Shown here piece by piece: positions 49,401 to 64,000 of a stretch of DNA of 64,000 nucleotides. This DNA is from Peribolospora baueri. Taxonomy: Eukaryota. Position 1 is the stretch's first letter; each line of letters begins with the position of its first letter. The translations under genes and the position numbers were made by a program. The notes beneath the pieces were generated by a model. The model was given only the letters and a program-made list of their open reading frames with translations, had not been told where the DNA came from and made no database searches. Where the stretch lies: contig JAMDHS010000024.1 of the NCBI GenBank assembly GCA_029717555.1, forward strand, positions 1-64,000, written 5' to 3'.

Positions 49401-50363
49401 TCCCGGACTCCTCATGGCCTCAGCCTCCGATGCCTCGCGCGCCCTTTGAATCAATCGATTGACTTCGGCTGGCTCAGCAGTGATGGAGCGGACCATAGGA
49501 GGAGGGCTGCGCGGATCGTTCGAACCTCGATCGGACGGCAACGGTGGTGGTGGACTCCGAGCAGGGGAGGAAGATGTCGAGGATGGCGGGAAGAACGGAA
49601 CAGAATCCTCTGCTACTTGCAACTCCGTCGTTGCCGTGTTCACCGCCAACTTTGGGACTGATGAATCTGGACTGTACGAGCTGCCTGGCACTTCAAATGC
49701 AGTGGCCCGGGGCGTAAGCGTGTCGAGCGCTGTCTCTGGCACCACATCGAGCTCCAGCTCGGGGAGAAGAGGGCTAGGCGCACCGGATCGAGAAACGCTG
49801 GCGGGTCCAGAGGAGACAACGGAGGTGTGTGAGGCGAAGGATGAGGTTGAAGAGGCGGCAGAATAGCCACGTCTTCTCTTCCAAGCCGGGCATGAGCCGG
49901 AGTCCTGGTCCCTGTCGTCGTCGCGATCAGTTTGACTATTTTGCTCGTCCCCATGGTTGATGTCGCTCTCAGGACATCCGTCGTCTAATCGGGCTTCATC
50001 ATCGACCAAGGATGGGTGGTCAGACCCTCTGACGTCGTCGGCATCCTCGTAGATCGTGCTCCCCCACCCACACCTGCCCGGTTGCGGAGTGATCGAACTT
50101 GCATCCGCTTCGGTGCGGTTCTCCTCCCGCTCCTCGCCTACAATCTCCTCCTCTTCTTGCTCTTCCTGCCGCTCGGCAATGCGATGGTGTGCGAGCTTTT
50201 GGCAATTGAGAGCAAGGCTGATGATCACATTGCCAGCCACTGAGACGGCGACGCCGATCAGCCTGCCGCATTGCCGAGGAGAGAAAAAGCGGAGAGACTG
50301 AGCGAGTGGGTTGAGATGAGGGAACAACAGATGGACTCACGTTGCAGAGGATGCCGTGCTCAT
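46434..50363 (-). CDS. NIPA/DUF803-family magnesium transporter with long disordered insertions, multi-exon
   Basis: LIGVAVSVAGNVIISLALNCQKLAH; YLRSRLWWTGLCLMALGEAGNF; YGFAPASLVAPLGAVAL; GGFTVLSTKG; QIMYLNRALQRFDS; AIIGSAILYRDF. Start codon tentative. Confidence 0.9.
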
Positions 50364-50791
50364 CGTTTCTACCTTGCCTCGTCGTCAAGACTGAGAAAGA
50401 ATCCCATCGAGCAAGCTACGATGAGGTTCAGCTCAATGCGCGTCTTCGGCCCTCTGCGGTTCCCCGCTTCGACGGGGGCGGCAAAAAATTCCACGGCGCC
50501 CGCTTGCCTTTTCGGGTTAAGGCGCCCTTCCACCTCCTTTCCCTCCTTTTCGTTTTCCTTTCCTCAGAGCAGATCGCTGAGGCGGCGGGATGGTAGAACG
50601 AGGCCAAGTTCTCCCCGCGTTCCCGGCCACCGCCTTTACCAGCCTCCCAGGCAACCGCCCACCCAAGCAGGGGAAGTGGCTGCGGCCAATCGGGCGGCTG
50701 TACGCACGTGGTCATATCGGGCGAAACCGAGTGCGCCCTCGACCTGGTCGTTCCCTTCCTCTTTGTGGCAGCAACGGAGCAGACAAGGACG

Positions 50792-53058
50792 ATGCGTACC
50801 CATCACTACCCCGCCATTACCGACTTTCCGGTGTACGCCCTTGCCTTCGCTGGCGACGACCGGCTCTTCTACGCCGGAGGAGGCGGCCCGGGAAGGAGCG
50901 GCGTCAAGAACAGGATTGTAAGTCGCGAGCTGTCACATCGTTTGACGCCGCGACCGTCTGGACGATAGAACGGCATCGTATTCAAACGAAGGGTGGATTG
51001 AAACCTCGTACCTCGCTTCTTCCCACCCTTCCTCAGCGCCTTGTCCGCGTCCCTATTCCGGCCGCCTCTTCCGCCCCTCCGGCCCTCACCACGCTCTCCG
51101 AGCTCGAGCTGAGCAGTGACGAAGATGCACCCATGACCCTCGCCATCGTCCCTTCCGCCAGGGAAATCAACGAGAAGAACGATGATACGGCAGACACCAG
51201 CTCCACTAGCACCCTGGTTGCTGGAATCAACAGGCCCGAGTCGCTTATTAAGGAGGGGAGGAACGAGAACCTGAGGGTGTTCAAGGCGGAGGCCAAGGAG
51301 GGCGGGTGAGCGATGGACCGGCAAATGAGTGGGAAGTGGAAGCACTGAAGCTGACCAGGCCATCATGTACCATGCAGGATTAAGGTTGACAAGGCGGTCA
51401 AGACGATGACATCGCTCGATCCAGAGCAATATCAAGTGACTTTGAATCCTCCTTCTCAATCACCTCTTCATCATCCTTGCTCACCACCCTTCCCTCCTTC
51501 GTCCGTTTTGGCAACGACTTGCAATCGGCATGTCTGATCTTCACGGCCGCCCGCAGAAAGCCATGGTCTTCTCCCCAGATGGCAATCTCCTGGGAGTAGG
51601 CTCTACCGACGGTCAATTCTCGCTTCTGTCCTACCCTTCCCTCGTCGACGTTCTACCACCCTTGCAATTCAAGGGAGAGGAGGTTCTGGATGCAGATTTC
51701 AGCTTGGATGCGAAAATGGTAAGTCGAACTAGGCCGTTGGAATCGTCCATTGATCGGTCCGGCTTTGCCCGATCTTGCTCTGACCTTATCTTGTTGGTCA
51801 CCATGGTGTCCATCATGACGTCCAAGCTTCTTCTATTTACTTGTTCTCCCAACTGACTGTTTCGATCCGTATCGTGCCGTTTCCTCCCGTCACCTCGTCG
51901 CTCTGCAACCAGGTCGCCATTGCCACGCCAAAGCGCCTCTGCATCTACGCCACGGCGCTCGGAACAGACAGCGAGCGCAAGCTGATTCAGACCATTGAGC
52001 GCCCTGTCGTGAAAGGCCAGAACGATTGCGTTTTCAGGAACGTCAGGTAAGCTGGAATGGTGTGGATGAGGCGGATGTGCGGCGCCCTCCGCAGCACGAT
52101 CCAGCTAGCACGCTCACCCCGTCCTTGTCTCCATGCTTATTTTCATCTGGTCCAGGTTCTCCCGCTCTCAGAGAGCACCGTCCCGGCTCTTCACGCTCGT
52201 CAACTCGGTCGCCTCCCGAACGGCTAAGAAGGGCGCGCCTAGGAAGGCGTTCGTGAGCATCTGGAACACTGAAACCTGGGAGCTGGTGCGGACAAGGAGC
52301 GTGAGCGATAAGCCTGTTACCGGAATCGATTTGAGGTGAGCCAGAGGCTAAGGAGGGGCCATGCGGGTTTTGATAACGCGTTCGCGGGTTTGTCCGGATC
52401 TTGTTCGACATCCAATTGACCGCGCGCCCTTCTCGATCCCGCTTCGTCGCGCTCTTTCGAAACTCGGTCGATATAGCTCGGACGGCAAACTTTTCGCGTA
52501 CGGCTCGTCCGACCTAAGCGTCGGAGTTCTTCAGGCCGACACTCTGCGAGTGAGTGCTCGCGATCGCTTTCGTCAATGTCTATCTGCTGTCGGCGTTTAT
52601 GCTTGGAAGGCTTGCGAGGCGCCGCTCCTCTGGCCATGTCGTTGCGCATTTCCGCTATTGCCTTTTCTTACGCATTTTCTTCCACTCCGCACAGCCGGTC
52701 CTTCACATTCTCCGTGCCCACGACTTTCCTGCCACGGCGATCAAGTTCAATCCCTCTGCCTCGCTTCTCGTTACTGCCAGCGCAGACAACACGCTCAGGG
52801 TCATGTCGGTGCCTAAAGGTGCTGCTGAGGGTGGGGGTGAGTGTTGTCCTCAGTCTGGCCTGGGTGCTCGTCACTCGATTTGTTCGCTTTCAGGTCCACC
52901 TACGGTCATTCATCCGCTTCCTTTCCTTTGTTCTCCGCCCCGGTTACCTTGCATCCATCCCTGCACATCGAAAAGGCGTCCCCGTCCGCCTCATCCTCTT
53001 GCTCCTCTCGCTCCTCCTCATCCTCCTCGCCATCTTTGCACAGCGCGTCATGTCGTAA
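50792..53058 (+). CDS. SEC12: Sar1 guanine-nucleotide exchange factor Sec12/PREB (WD40 plus C-terminal TM), multi-exon
   Basis: FPVYALAF...AGGGGPGRSGVKNRI (K-loop GGGGxxxxGxxN); WD repeats FSPDGNLLGVG and AHDFPATAIKFNP...SADNTLRV; hydrophobic C-terminal tail. Confidence 0.88.
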
Positions 53059-53713
53059 TACAGATAGCGGGCGAAACCGTAGAATCTTCAGTTTATAATC
53101 AGACACGCCACGGGTTGTGCGGGGTCCGCGCCGCGATACGAGCGGCGAACGTATCTATACCCGAAAAAGGGATGTAGGTAGTCTGGCCGAGCGAGAAGAC
53201 CGAGCGAGGGGCTTTGTGCGACCTCGAGGTCTTCTTGCCTTGCTTCGGTGCTCCATCCCCTTGCCCTGGAAACCAAGATCGCGCGCGGGTTGAAGGTGGC
53301 CAGAGGAGAGGATTCATGTGCGAATGTATGGCCCGCTTGCCGCTCCTGACCCGTCAGCCTCGGGATCGTCGTCGGGTCCCGGAAGCACGACGGACGACTT
53401 GGAACGCTTTGAGGCGGACGCACGCAAGCTCGCTCGCTCCGCTCCCCAGACGGGAATCCCCTCCAACATATCGCACGACACCCAAGCCGCCTCCAAGTCG
53501 AGCGAGCAGCATCATCCAAGTCAGTGGCGCCAGTTCCTCCGCCCTTTCTCTCATGTATTGTTTTCTAGGAAACTCGCCGGCTTGTGTTCAGTTTCTCATC
53601 AGGAAAAGAGGAAGCAGCAAATGGAGACGAGTTCGACGGCGAGCCTACGCCTACGCGCCAGAGGCGAGCTGAACGAGAACGAGTGATGGCTAGGAGGGAG
53701 TGGGAAAGGAAAA

Positions 53714-53823
53714 GGGTGGGATGGAGGGCGGTGGGGGGCGGAGGGGGATGGGCGATGGGATGGGGTGGGATGGAGGGCGGTGGGGGGCGGAGGGGGGTGG
53801 GCGATGGGATGGGGTGGGATGGA
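53714..53823 (+). repeat. 49-bp G-rich tandem repeat (about 2.25 copies), G-quadruplex-capable
   Basis: gggtgggatggagggcggtggggggcggaggggg(a/g)tgggcgatgggatg starts at 53714 and 53763, with a partial copy at 53812. Confidence 0.85.
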
Positions 53824-54374
53824 AGGATGGAGGAAGAACGAAGAAGGAAGAAGGAAGAAGGGGGAAGGCGAAAACTGCTGGTTGGGTTGTGTGTCTCTAC
53901 CTATCTACCTACCTACCTATCTACCCTGCCTAAGAGCGCCTCCTCGAGCCCGTCCCGTCTCGTCGTACAAAGCAGGCCGTCGAGTCGAGCCCACGAACCA
54001 AAGCCGCCGAGGACGGCATCAATGCACACACACAGACGGACGGACAGAAGGACGGACGGACGGACGGACGGAGGGGTGTTCGTCAGAGGTATCGTCCCTT
54101 TGATTCCAAAGATTTCGAATACAAATACGATCTATGCTCGATCGAGCACGGTAGGTAAGTAGGTAGGTAGCTCGAGGTCGAGGTCGAAGGGCGAAGCTTC
54201 CTCCCCCCTGCTATCCAAAATACAATCAATCCATCAGCGCACCATCCATCCACCCACCCAGGTCGATTGCGACACCGGCGCGAAGACGCAGACAGGACTT
54301 GGGAGGAGCCGGGCGGTCCAAAGAAGAAAGGAAGAACGCAAGCGGGACGAAGAAAGTTCAAGAGTCGACTCAAG

Positions 54375-55792
54375 TCAGGCCTCGACCTCCATTCCATCAT
54401 CCTCCTCGCGATCTTCCTCCTCCCCCTCGTCCCGATAGCCTTCCAGAAGCCCGTTCCGCACCGTCGCGAGCTCCCTCCCCAAGTCCATCTTTTTATCCTC
54501 CCCCTCCTCTTCCTCCTCCTCCACCAGCGAGCCCAACCTCTCCGCGTTCTCCCCGCCTCCCCCTCCCGCCGCATCTCTCCGTTGTTCGCCCGCCTCCTCC
54601 CCAGACGGCAGCTCCTCAGGAACCGCAAGGCCAGTCTCCTCGAGCCTCGCCCTCAGCCTGCCCACCTCAGCCCTCAGCCTTCCGATCTCCATCTCCCTCC
54701 TGCCTATCCTCTTCCTACACCTCACCAGGTACTCATTCGAGTGTCGCAGCAGAGCAACCTTGCTAACCCCCTTGTTCGCCGTCGCACGAGCCCGCACGTC
54801 CTCGGCGGCCGGACCAAGCTGAGATCGATCAAACCGCTCTGCCACCTCGTCCTCCGGTCCTCCGTCCGGACCAAGTACGGTAAAAGTAGCCCCGTCGGCG
54901 TCTTCGGCAATGTGGATGACGGGTAGGAGAGCGCGGAGTTCGTCGAACGAGTGCTTAAGCGAGTCCCGACGTTTCTGCTCTGCCATCTTATGAGAGGACC
55001 TTCGCGACTCGAGGCCGTCCGACGCCGCCGCGTTTCCCGCGGAGGAAGAGGCTATATGCGCGTTGTTGGTCTTGGACGAGGAAGAAGGGGAAAAAGAAGG
55101 CGGGGGGAAGGACGGGGAGGACATCCACGCGTCCCGGTCTCCCCGAGAATTACCTGCCCTGGCTTTCGGGCCGGTCACCGAGCGTGCCGCCGGCGCGGCC
55201 GTACTGGGGGCGATGGGCCTAAAGTGCGTGGTGGTGCCGGAGCCTGACCCAGCCGTCCTCGTCGTCGTCGTCGGCAAGCTGGTCACAGGCGTTGGATCGG
55301 TGACCGCCTTGGCTTTGGCCTTGGCCTTTGCGCTCGACGGTGCGCTCGAGCCTCGACCGGCCTTGGCTGGAGAAGACACGGATGCCGTCTGCTCAACGCC
55401 ACCAGCGGAAGATGCGGCTGGCGAGGTGGAAGCGACGGCGCCGGGGGCGGACATCCTCCCACCGCGCTCTGCACCCACACCGACGATCGAAGAAGACGAA
55501 GGAGAAGAAGAAGACGCAAAGCCAATGCCCATGATGGAAGCGGGCGTGAGTGGCTTGGAAGAAGGCACCTGCGGCGGGGGCATCGCGGCCGCATCCACGA
55601 GGTTGAGGTCGATTGGACTGGGCGTGGACGTGGTATCGCCTTCCTCGCTCGCGTGCGGCCCAACCGGGCTCGGCTCCGCCGAAGCCGCTGAGACGCTCGC
55701 GCGGACTCGAGGAGCGGAGACGGCGGAGCCGGCATTAGCGCCTTGCATCTGGGAGAAGCTAGACGGGGTTGCGGTCATGTTGGGCGACGGCA

Positions 55793-55827
<35 letters not shown>

Positions 55828-57488
55828 GCCGAGACGCTGCGTCGCCGCGCTTGGCTGGCGCTGGCGACGCCACCGGGACCCAGGGCGGGGCTGGAAAGGC
55901 CGGCGGCGTCGCTGCGTTTACGGCTGCGACCGGTCTGAGGCTTGATGAGCGGCGACGGTCTTGCTTTTGCCGCCTTGGCCTCTGCCGTGGCTGTCCGCTT
56001 AGGACGGGAGGACGAGGGGCCGCCTGGGCGGGCAGTGAGGGCGTGTGGAGAGGCCGTCCCTGGCGGCGCGGGAAGACTGGCGAGCGCGGCCTGCTGTTCG
56101 GCGGTCATGGGAAGGAGCATGGGGGAGCTGAGGGCGGAGAGCGCGGCCTGGAGGTGGTGTTGTTGCTCTTGCTGCTGTTGAGGTGCGCCTCCTCCTCCTC
56201 CTTGTTGTGGCATGAGAGCGGGCGAGCTGAGAGGAGAGAGAAAGTCGTAGTGCGGTGTGGCGCCCCCGACGCTGGCGTTACTGAACGCGCTCGCGGGTGT
56301 CATCAAAGGCGTGCCGACAGGCGTGAAGGATTGCTAGACAGACGGAAGAAAAGGATGAGAAGAGAGGGATGAGCGATGAACATGCCTGTGGAAGCGAGCT
56401 CTACCCCGCTGTGATCGCCGTGTCTGTCTGCGGCGAGCGTTGGAGAAAGCGAAAGATTTGCTCACCACGTCCTGTCCGCCCTCTTTCTGCCTCGCCTCTC
56501 CGAAGGCGTGTACGTTCGGGATGAAACTCGTTCCGACGACAGGCATGGGACCGGAGCCGGCGGGCGTGTTCAGTCCATACTGATTCACCACGCCGGAGGA
56601 GGATGGCGTGGGGGAGAAGCCAGAAGGGGCGAGCTGGGGCTGCGATGTGAGATGCATGGACGCGGCGTGGTGGTGGTGGTGGTGCTGCGAAGGCTGCTGC
56701 TGGATGAAGGAGTGCGGCGAGTGGTGGACCTGGACGAGGTGCGCCTGCGAAACGGCGGGGGCAGAGGCGTGAAGGGAATCGGGAAAGGCGGGACTGCCGG
56801 GCGCGGAGATATTGCCTTGCATGCCGGCGGGGACGAAGGGGTTGGGCGAGCCGAACTGCGACGTGGCCGGTTGCAGACCGGGCTGGTGGTGGTGTTGGTG
56901 GTGTGATCGGGTGAGGGAGAGGGAAGCCTGAGGGTGGTTCTGCATCTGGAGCTGCTCAAGCTGCTTCCTGAGCTCCCTCGTTCTCAGCGCTTGAAGCTCG
57001 TCCATGCGCTCCTTTTCTTCGAGCGCGCGCTGAAGCGCCTCGATGGCGGCCTGCTGCTGATCGTTGGGCTGCCCCTGCTCCTGCTGTCCCTGCTGCCCCT
57101 GCTGTCCCTGTTGCCCCTGCTGCGCCTGCCGCTGCTGTTGCTGTTGTCCCTGCTGTTGCTGGGCAGCTCGTGCCGCGGCGACTGCGTGATGAGTCGAGAC
57201 GTCCATGGAGCTCGGAAGCGAGCCTTGGGCGTGGTGGGCGAGGATGGCGTGCATTCCTGCGACGTCGGCGTCTACGGCGTGCGCGTGCGGCGACGAGAGG
57301 GCGTCCATGCTCACGCTGACGGAGGCGACGAGCATGGGGGCGTCCGAGGCGGCGGCGGGCGTGCCGGCGTCGGCGGGCGAGGAGGGGTGAATGAGGGAGG
57401 AGAAGTCATGGAGGCCGGAGGGGAGAGTGAAGTCGGCAAAGTCGAAGGCGGCGTCGATGGAGAAGTCTTGCGACGTTGCAGCGTCCAT
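54375..57488 (-). CDS. bHLH transcription factor, Pho4/NUC-1-like, polyQ-rich, two exons
   Basis: RRSSHKMAEQKRRDSLKHSFDELRALLP, long loop, then SKVALLRHSNEYL and a following coiled coil. FLSPLSSPAL motif; Q- and H-rich N-terminus. Confidence 0.85.
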
Positions 57489-58550
57489 GGCCGGTGGGGC
57501 GAGACGCGGGTGGAGGGGAGGGGGGGTGGTGCGAGCACGGGCACGGGGGCAGCGAGCGAGCCGTGCTGGCTGGCTTGCTAGCTGGTTGGGTTTTTTTCTT
57601 TCTTGAGCGTGCTAGGGCGAGATGGAGGGAGAGAGAAGAGGAAGTGGCTAGGAGGAGGAAAGGGGATGGTGGAATGTGAAAGACGGATACCAAGAGAAGA
57701 GACAAGACGAGCGACTATGATGGCGGCGACCGGCGATGGACGGCGTTTAATTGCGGCCCCGGTGGACGGACGGACGGAGGCCGAGGCGGAACAGGAAGGA
57801 AGGAAGGAGAGCCGCAGCACTCAACAGGAACGAATCGGGACGCCGGGCTGGGCTGGGCAGGGCGACGCGGGTCAGTGCTGCGGCACGCACAACTCACACG
57901 CACACGCAGGCGCAGATCAAAGCAGCGAGAGCGGCGAAGAGGAAGGAAAGAAAAAAGAAAAAAAGGAGGAAGAAAAAAAAAAACCACGACGACGACGACG
58001 ACGACGACGAACGGATCCATCGGCGCGATCAAAATCAATCTCAGATCATCACATCTTTCGACTCGTCTCATCTCATAAAATCTTCAACCGTCTTCTACCT
58101 ACCATCTCACCCGCCGAAACCGAACCGAACCGAACCGGATGGATGTCTCTATGGCCCAGGCGCTAACTAAAACTGAACTTAGGATACGGTACCATTGTAT
58201 AGGTACCCACGCCACCCTGCGCCCGAACCTCCCCTCGTCTCTAATAAACTCGCGCGCACCCATATCGACGGACACACAGACAGACAGACAGACGGACACA
58301 CATACAGACAGACAGACCTTAAATTCAATTTCTCTATATGTATCTTCTTCCATCTCTCGACAAAAACAATTCCGGAACTACATCTTTCAAGAGCGGAGAA
58401 GGAAACTCGCTCGGACGGACGGACGGACGCGGCGGAGCAGGAAGCATGGAAGCGTGCGCACGGGAGGAAGAACAAGAAAGGAAGGAAGATGGGAACATCT
58501 TCCGACCAGGCTATCTATGAAAGCATCCCCCCGCCCCACCGCTCCCGCCC

Positions 58551-60453
<1,903 letters not shown>

Positions 60454-61303
60454 CTAGGGAGAGGAAACAGGGGAAGAGGAAAGGAGTGGTGGTGCCGGGC
60501 CCGGGTGGGTAGGCGGCCGAGCGTTCGCGTTCGTCGTTCCTGGGACGAAGGAAGGTGTCGACACGGACGGAGTCAGGAGGAGGAAGGGAAGATTGTGGGA
60601 AGAACGCAAGCGGGAAGACCCGCGTCGGGTCGCCGTATGGTCCGCCATGCGACAAGCAAGCCGAGGGACGGAAGGACGCGGGCGCAGGCGCGGGCGTAGG
60701 CGCAGGCTCAGAGTCAAGTCAGGCGCGTCGGCGGACGCCGGAAGGGAGCGACGTCATTGGCTCGTCTTCTTCACCCGCACCGCAACCATTCCGCCGTGCC
60801 TGCGCTCGGGGATGGCGTCGGACGACAAGATAGGACAAAAACAAGACAAGATACGGACATTCGCCGACACGACGCCGCCGCCGCCGTTCCAGATACACAA
60901 ACGGACCAAGATCGATCGAACTGCGTGGGGACTATGGACGAGACGTGACAAGCATCGTGATGTGACAGACAGGGATGCGGGCGCGAGGAGGACGGACGGG
61001 GAAACAGACGAGACGTGGGAAACAGGCCTAGACAGACATGCGTAGGAAAGCTTGATCAATCCGAATGCGGTTGGTTGGGCGGAACCAAACAGCGGAGAAG
61101 AAAACCGAATCGGCGAACGGGTTTCCGGTTCGCGTGGCGGTGCGAAGTCGGGGGCGACGGAGTTTGGGGCACCGAAGGCAATTTCTCCAAAGTCTCGACG
61201 GGGTGGTGGGATGGTAGGAGGGGGTGTGGGGGAGGACGGGAAGAAGGAGAAGGAGGAGGAGGGTCAAGAGAGAAGCCGTCGAATACCGGCGTTCTGCATC
61301 GTT

Positions 61304-63369
61304 TTATGGCGACCAAGCCGCGTTGCGGTCTTTGACGGTGGGATCGATGCCCTGTCGACGTTGCGAAATGGAAGAGAACGACGAGAGGTGAAAGGTGAGC
61401 GAAGAGTCAAGGTAGTGTCGACAGGATAAAACAAGAACCCGCCAAGCGGCCCATCCGAGACACTCAGACCTCCGCTTGAACATGTGGAGAAGCGAGGCGA
61501 AGCACAGAGGCGAAGCACTCACGACGGTGATGTACCCGATCAAGCCCTGCTGAAGGACGCCTCCGAGCATCTGCATGTCGAACGTCGCCTGATAGTCGTT
61601 CTCGTGCGCCTCGTCGAAGATGTTCAGCGAGTCACGCCAGTTGCGAGTTCGTCCTCGCGTCTCGCGGATCGGGTTCTCGGAGTAGGGCCAGAGCTGACGG
61701 AATCGGACGTGGAATGGGAAGGGGGTGGGATGAGAGCCGGTTGCCAGGCCCACCACCGATTCGATCCTCGTTCGAACAACCGAAGAAATAGAAGATGGAA
61801 CGCACCTTGTCGATCTCGATGTTAATTTCATCGGGGACGAAGAACTGTCCCGTGTGGACGAGCTTGTTGGACCTGAACGTGTTGTTCGGCATCACCTCGT
61901 AGTCAGTGTGGACGCGCACGTGGACGTGCGTTGCTCGTCCGGTGTAGTAGCCAGGGAAGATGGCTTCGAAAGTGGATGGGAGGGGGGAGACGGGGTGATG
62001 AGTCGGCCAGACCCGTAGACAAACCCTTCTAGTCAATGCGCCCTCCCTCGCCTCGGGCGTTCAGGTTACTCACAAGTGAACTGCGCGAGGCCGTTCTTGT
62101 CCGACGGCAGAGCGGCACGGAGCCAGGTCTCGTGGTCGTTCGTGCGGGGGTAGGCGCTCAGCAGACCCGAGCGCTTGCCGCCAACCTGGGGCTGCTCGTT
62201 CTCCTTGCCCTTCGCGGGAACTGGGTGGCCAGCGTAGTGACCCGTGGCATTGGCGTGCTGCGCGAGGGAATAATTGCGAAAGGGGGAGACATGTCCAGCA
62301 GGCGGATAGACAGCCAGAGCAGAGCAGTCAAATCAAAGCCTCAAGGATGTCCCACATCAGAACACCCCGATTCAGATGATCACAACTCACCCAGACGTCC
62401 ACAAGAACATTCTCGATCGGCTTGCACGTGTTCACGTCAATGACGCCGACGTCCATGAGCTGTCGCAGTAACGCATGGGACGAGAAGGTGAGCAAGTTGT
62501 GCGTACAACCAGCCACTATATATTGAATTCAATGATAGGGCCATGTTGCCGGCTCCGAGGAGGATTGTTTGGACTATAACGGTGGAGGAAGAAGCGCCTA
62601 CTCACGAACAGCAAGCCGAGCTGGTACTCTGCCATGTTCGACCGGATGGGGTGACCCTCGGTGTGGTAGTAGGGCCCCTGCGTTGTCTCCGGCGCTGAAG
62701 GTGGAGATGGGAAATGCTTGTGTTAGAATTTGGATTCAACAAGAGGCCAGGGAACGTCTCGGCCATGGTCCTCGAAACGAGTGCTCGCCGTCCAGGCCAG
62801 CTTCGACCGATCGTACATCCATAATTCAGCCTCGCCGGCATGGTCTCCCAACCGACTCGGCCGACCCCTGCTGGCCCCATCCCCTCTCCAACCTTTCTCC
62901 CGAAATCCGCAATGAAACTCGTAATAGACACTCACCAAGCACACAAGTGTGGTTCTTGATTTGCGTCTCGGCCACCTCGTCGCAGACGAGCTGCTTCTTG
63001 CTCCCCTCCGCAGCTTCGGTGCCAAGGTCATCGTAGGCGCCTTCAATGAAAAGGTCCTTGTGAGCGAGCGAGTCACCGCCGAGGACCTTTTGCGCCCACG
63101 AGCGCTTCCGTGCCGCCGTGTAGGCTGCCACGGCGGGGGCGCAGTGGTATGCGGAGGCTTGGAGGTCGCGGTAGGCCTTGACCTCCTCTGGAGTCGAGGG
63201 CTCCTTGTGAGCTGCAAAAGAAGGGCGGCAAGGCGCCGAATACGGGGCGTTCACCATCAGCAGCTGCCGTTGCCACCTTGCGACCGGATCGGGGGGTGTC
63301 GCTGGTCGACTCACCAGCGACGAGGGCGGCGCCGCCGATGGCGAGCAAGCCAGCGAGAGCAAACTTCAT
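61304..63369 (-). CDS. Secreted intradiol ring-cleavage dioxygenase-like protein, multi-exon
   Basis: Signal peptide MKFALAGLLAIGGAALV; TCVL|APETTQGPYY; DVNTCKPI...VDVW|HANATGHY; IFPGYYTGRATHVHVRVH; HTGQFF; ends GIDPTVKDRNAAWSP*. Confidence 0.9.
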
Positions 63370-64000
63370 GTCGTTCTCTCGGTTATCAATGCGGTGGAGG
63401 AGGGGGAAGGAGGGAAGGAGGGAAGGAGGGAAGGAAGTGAAGGAGGAAGGAGGACGGAGGTCAATCTATACGGCCGGCGAACGGATGGGAGGCGGGTCCG
63501 GGTTGCCTTATATCGCGCCGGCCGACGTGAGCTTCCTTTCGCTCGCGGCTTGAAGACGCGGAGAGCGGAGCGGAAATCAGCCGATGCTGTGGGGCTCGAG
63601 GAGGACGAGCGAAGCGACGAGAGCGAGCTGGCAATGCCATCCGTCTTTCCATATGACCATATCCGAAAGGTATGATTCACCGTCGAGTTGAGTTGTACAC
63701 GTCTTCGCCGGCACAGCGCACGATTTCAGGCACAACCGACGGGCCGACGACCTACAGACCGAGCTTCCGTTACATTCCGAACATCCGCGTTGCCTCGCAC
63801 AAATGGTTTTCCCTCTCACGTGGGCCGACTTGCCATCCTTGCCTTGCAAGCATTCACACGATCATCCAAGTCTTCCGGTCGCGCAGGTCAAGGAGGAGGA
63901 CGTCGGACAAGATCGGCCCCCGTCCGGCAAGGGAACTACTTTTAGCCGCGGGGCAAACGGCGCAGCGAGCGACACATGGCGCAGCCGGCGGCAGGAACCA

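Overview
GC-rich, intron-rich eukaryotic DNA from a fungus, most likely a basidiomycete (inferred from GTGAG/CTRAC/YAG splice signals and gene content). It holds about 21 protein-coding genes, many in head-to-head pairs: the polyubiquitin 3' end, NPL4, pyruvate dehydrogenase E2, Rab-GDI, ERG25, IPI1, ADE8, DAK1, a class I aldolase, CSL4, GAL1, EF2, a NIPA transporter, SEC12, a Pho4-like bHLH factor, ADE12, a secreted intradiol dioxygenase-like protein and several uncharacterised proteins. Main observations: (1) a divergent triose/dihydroxyacetone kinase plus class I aldolase pair, in which the aldolase has an altered 6-phosphate site, suggesting a ketose-1-phosphate (fructolysis-like) module; (2) a probable box C/D snoRNA (U54-like, two 18S guides) in an unusually long CSL4 intron; (3) a chimeric JEN1/DAL5-type transporter pseudogene; (4) a secreted amphipathic precursor broken by a 16-bp duplication; (5) an EF2 start codon split by an intron and a GC-AG first intron in GDI1. 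Gene models were read by eye and family calls rest on recalled motifs; no database searches were run.
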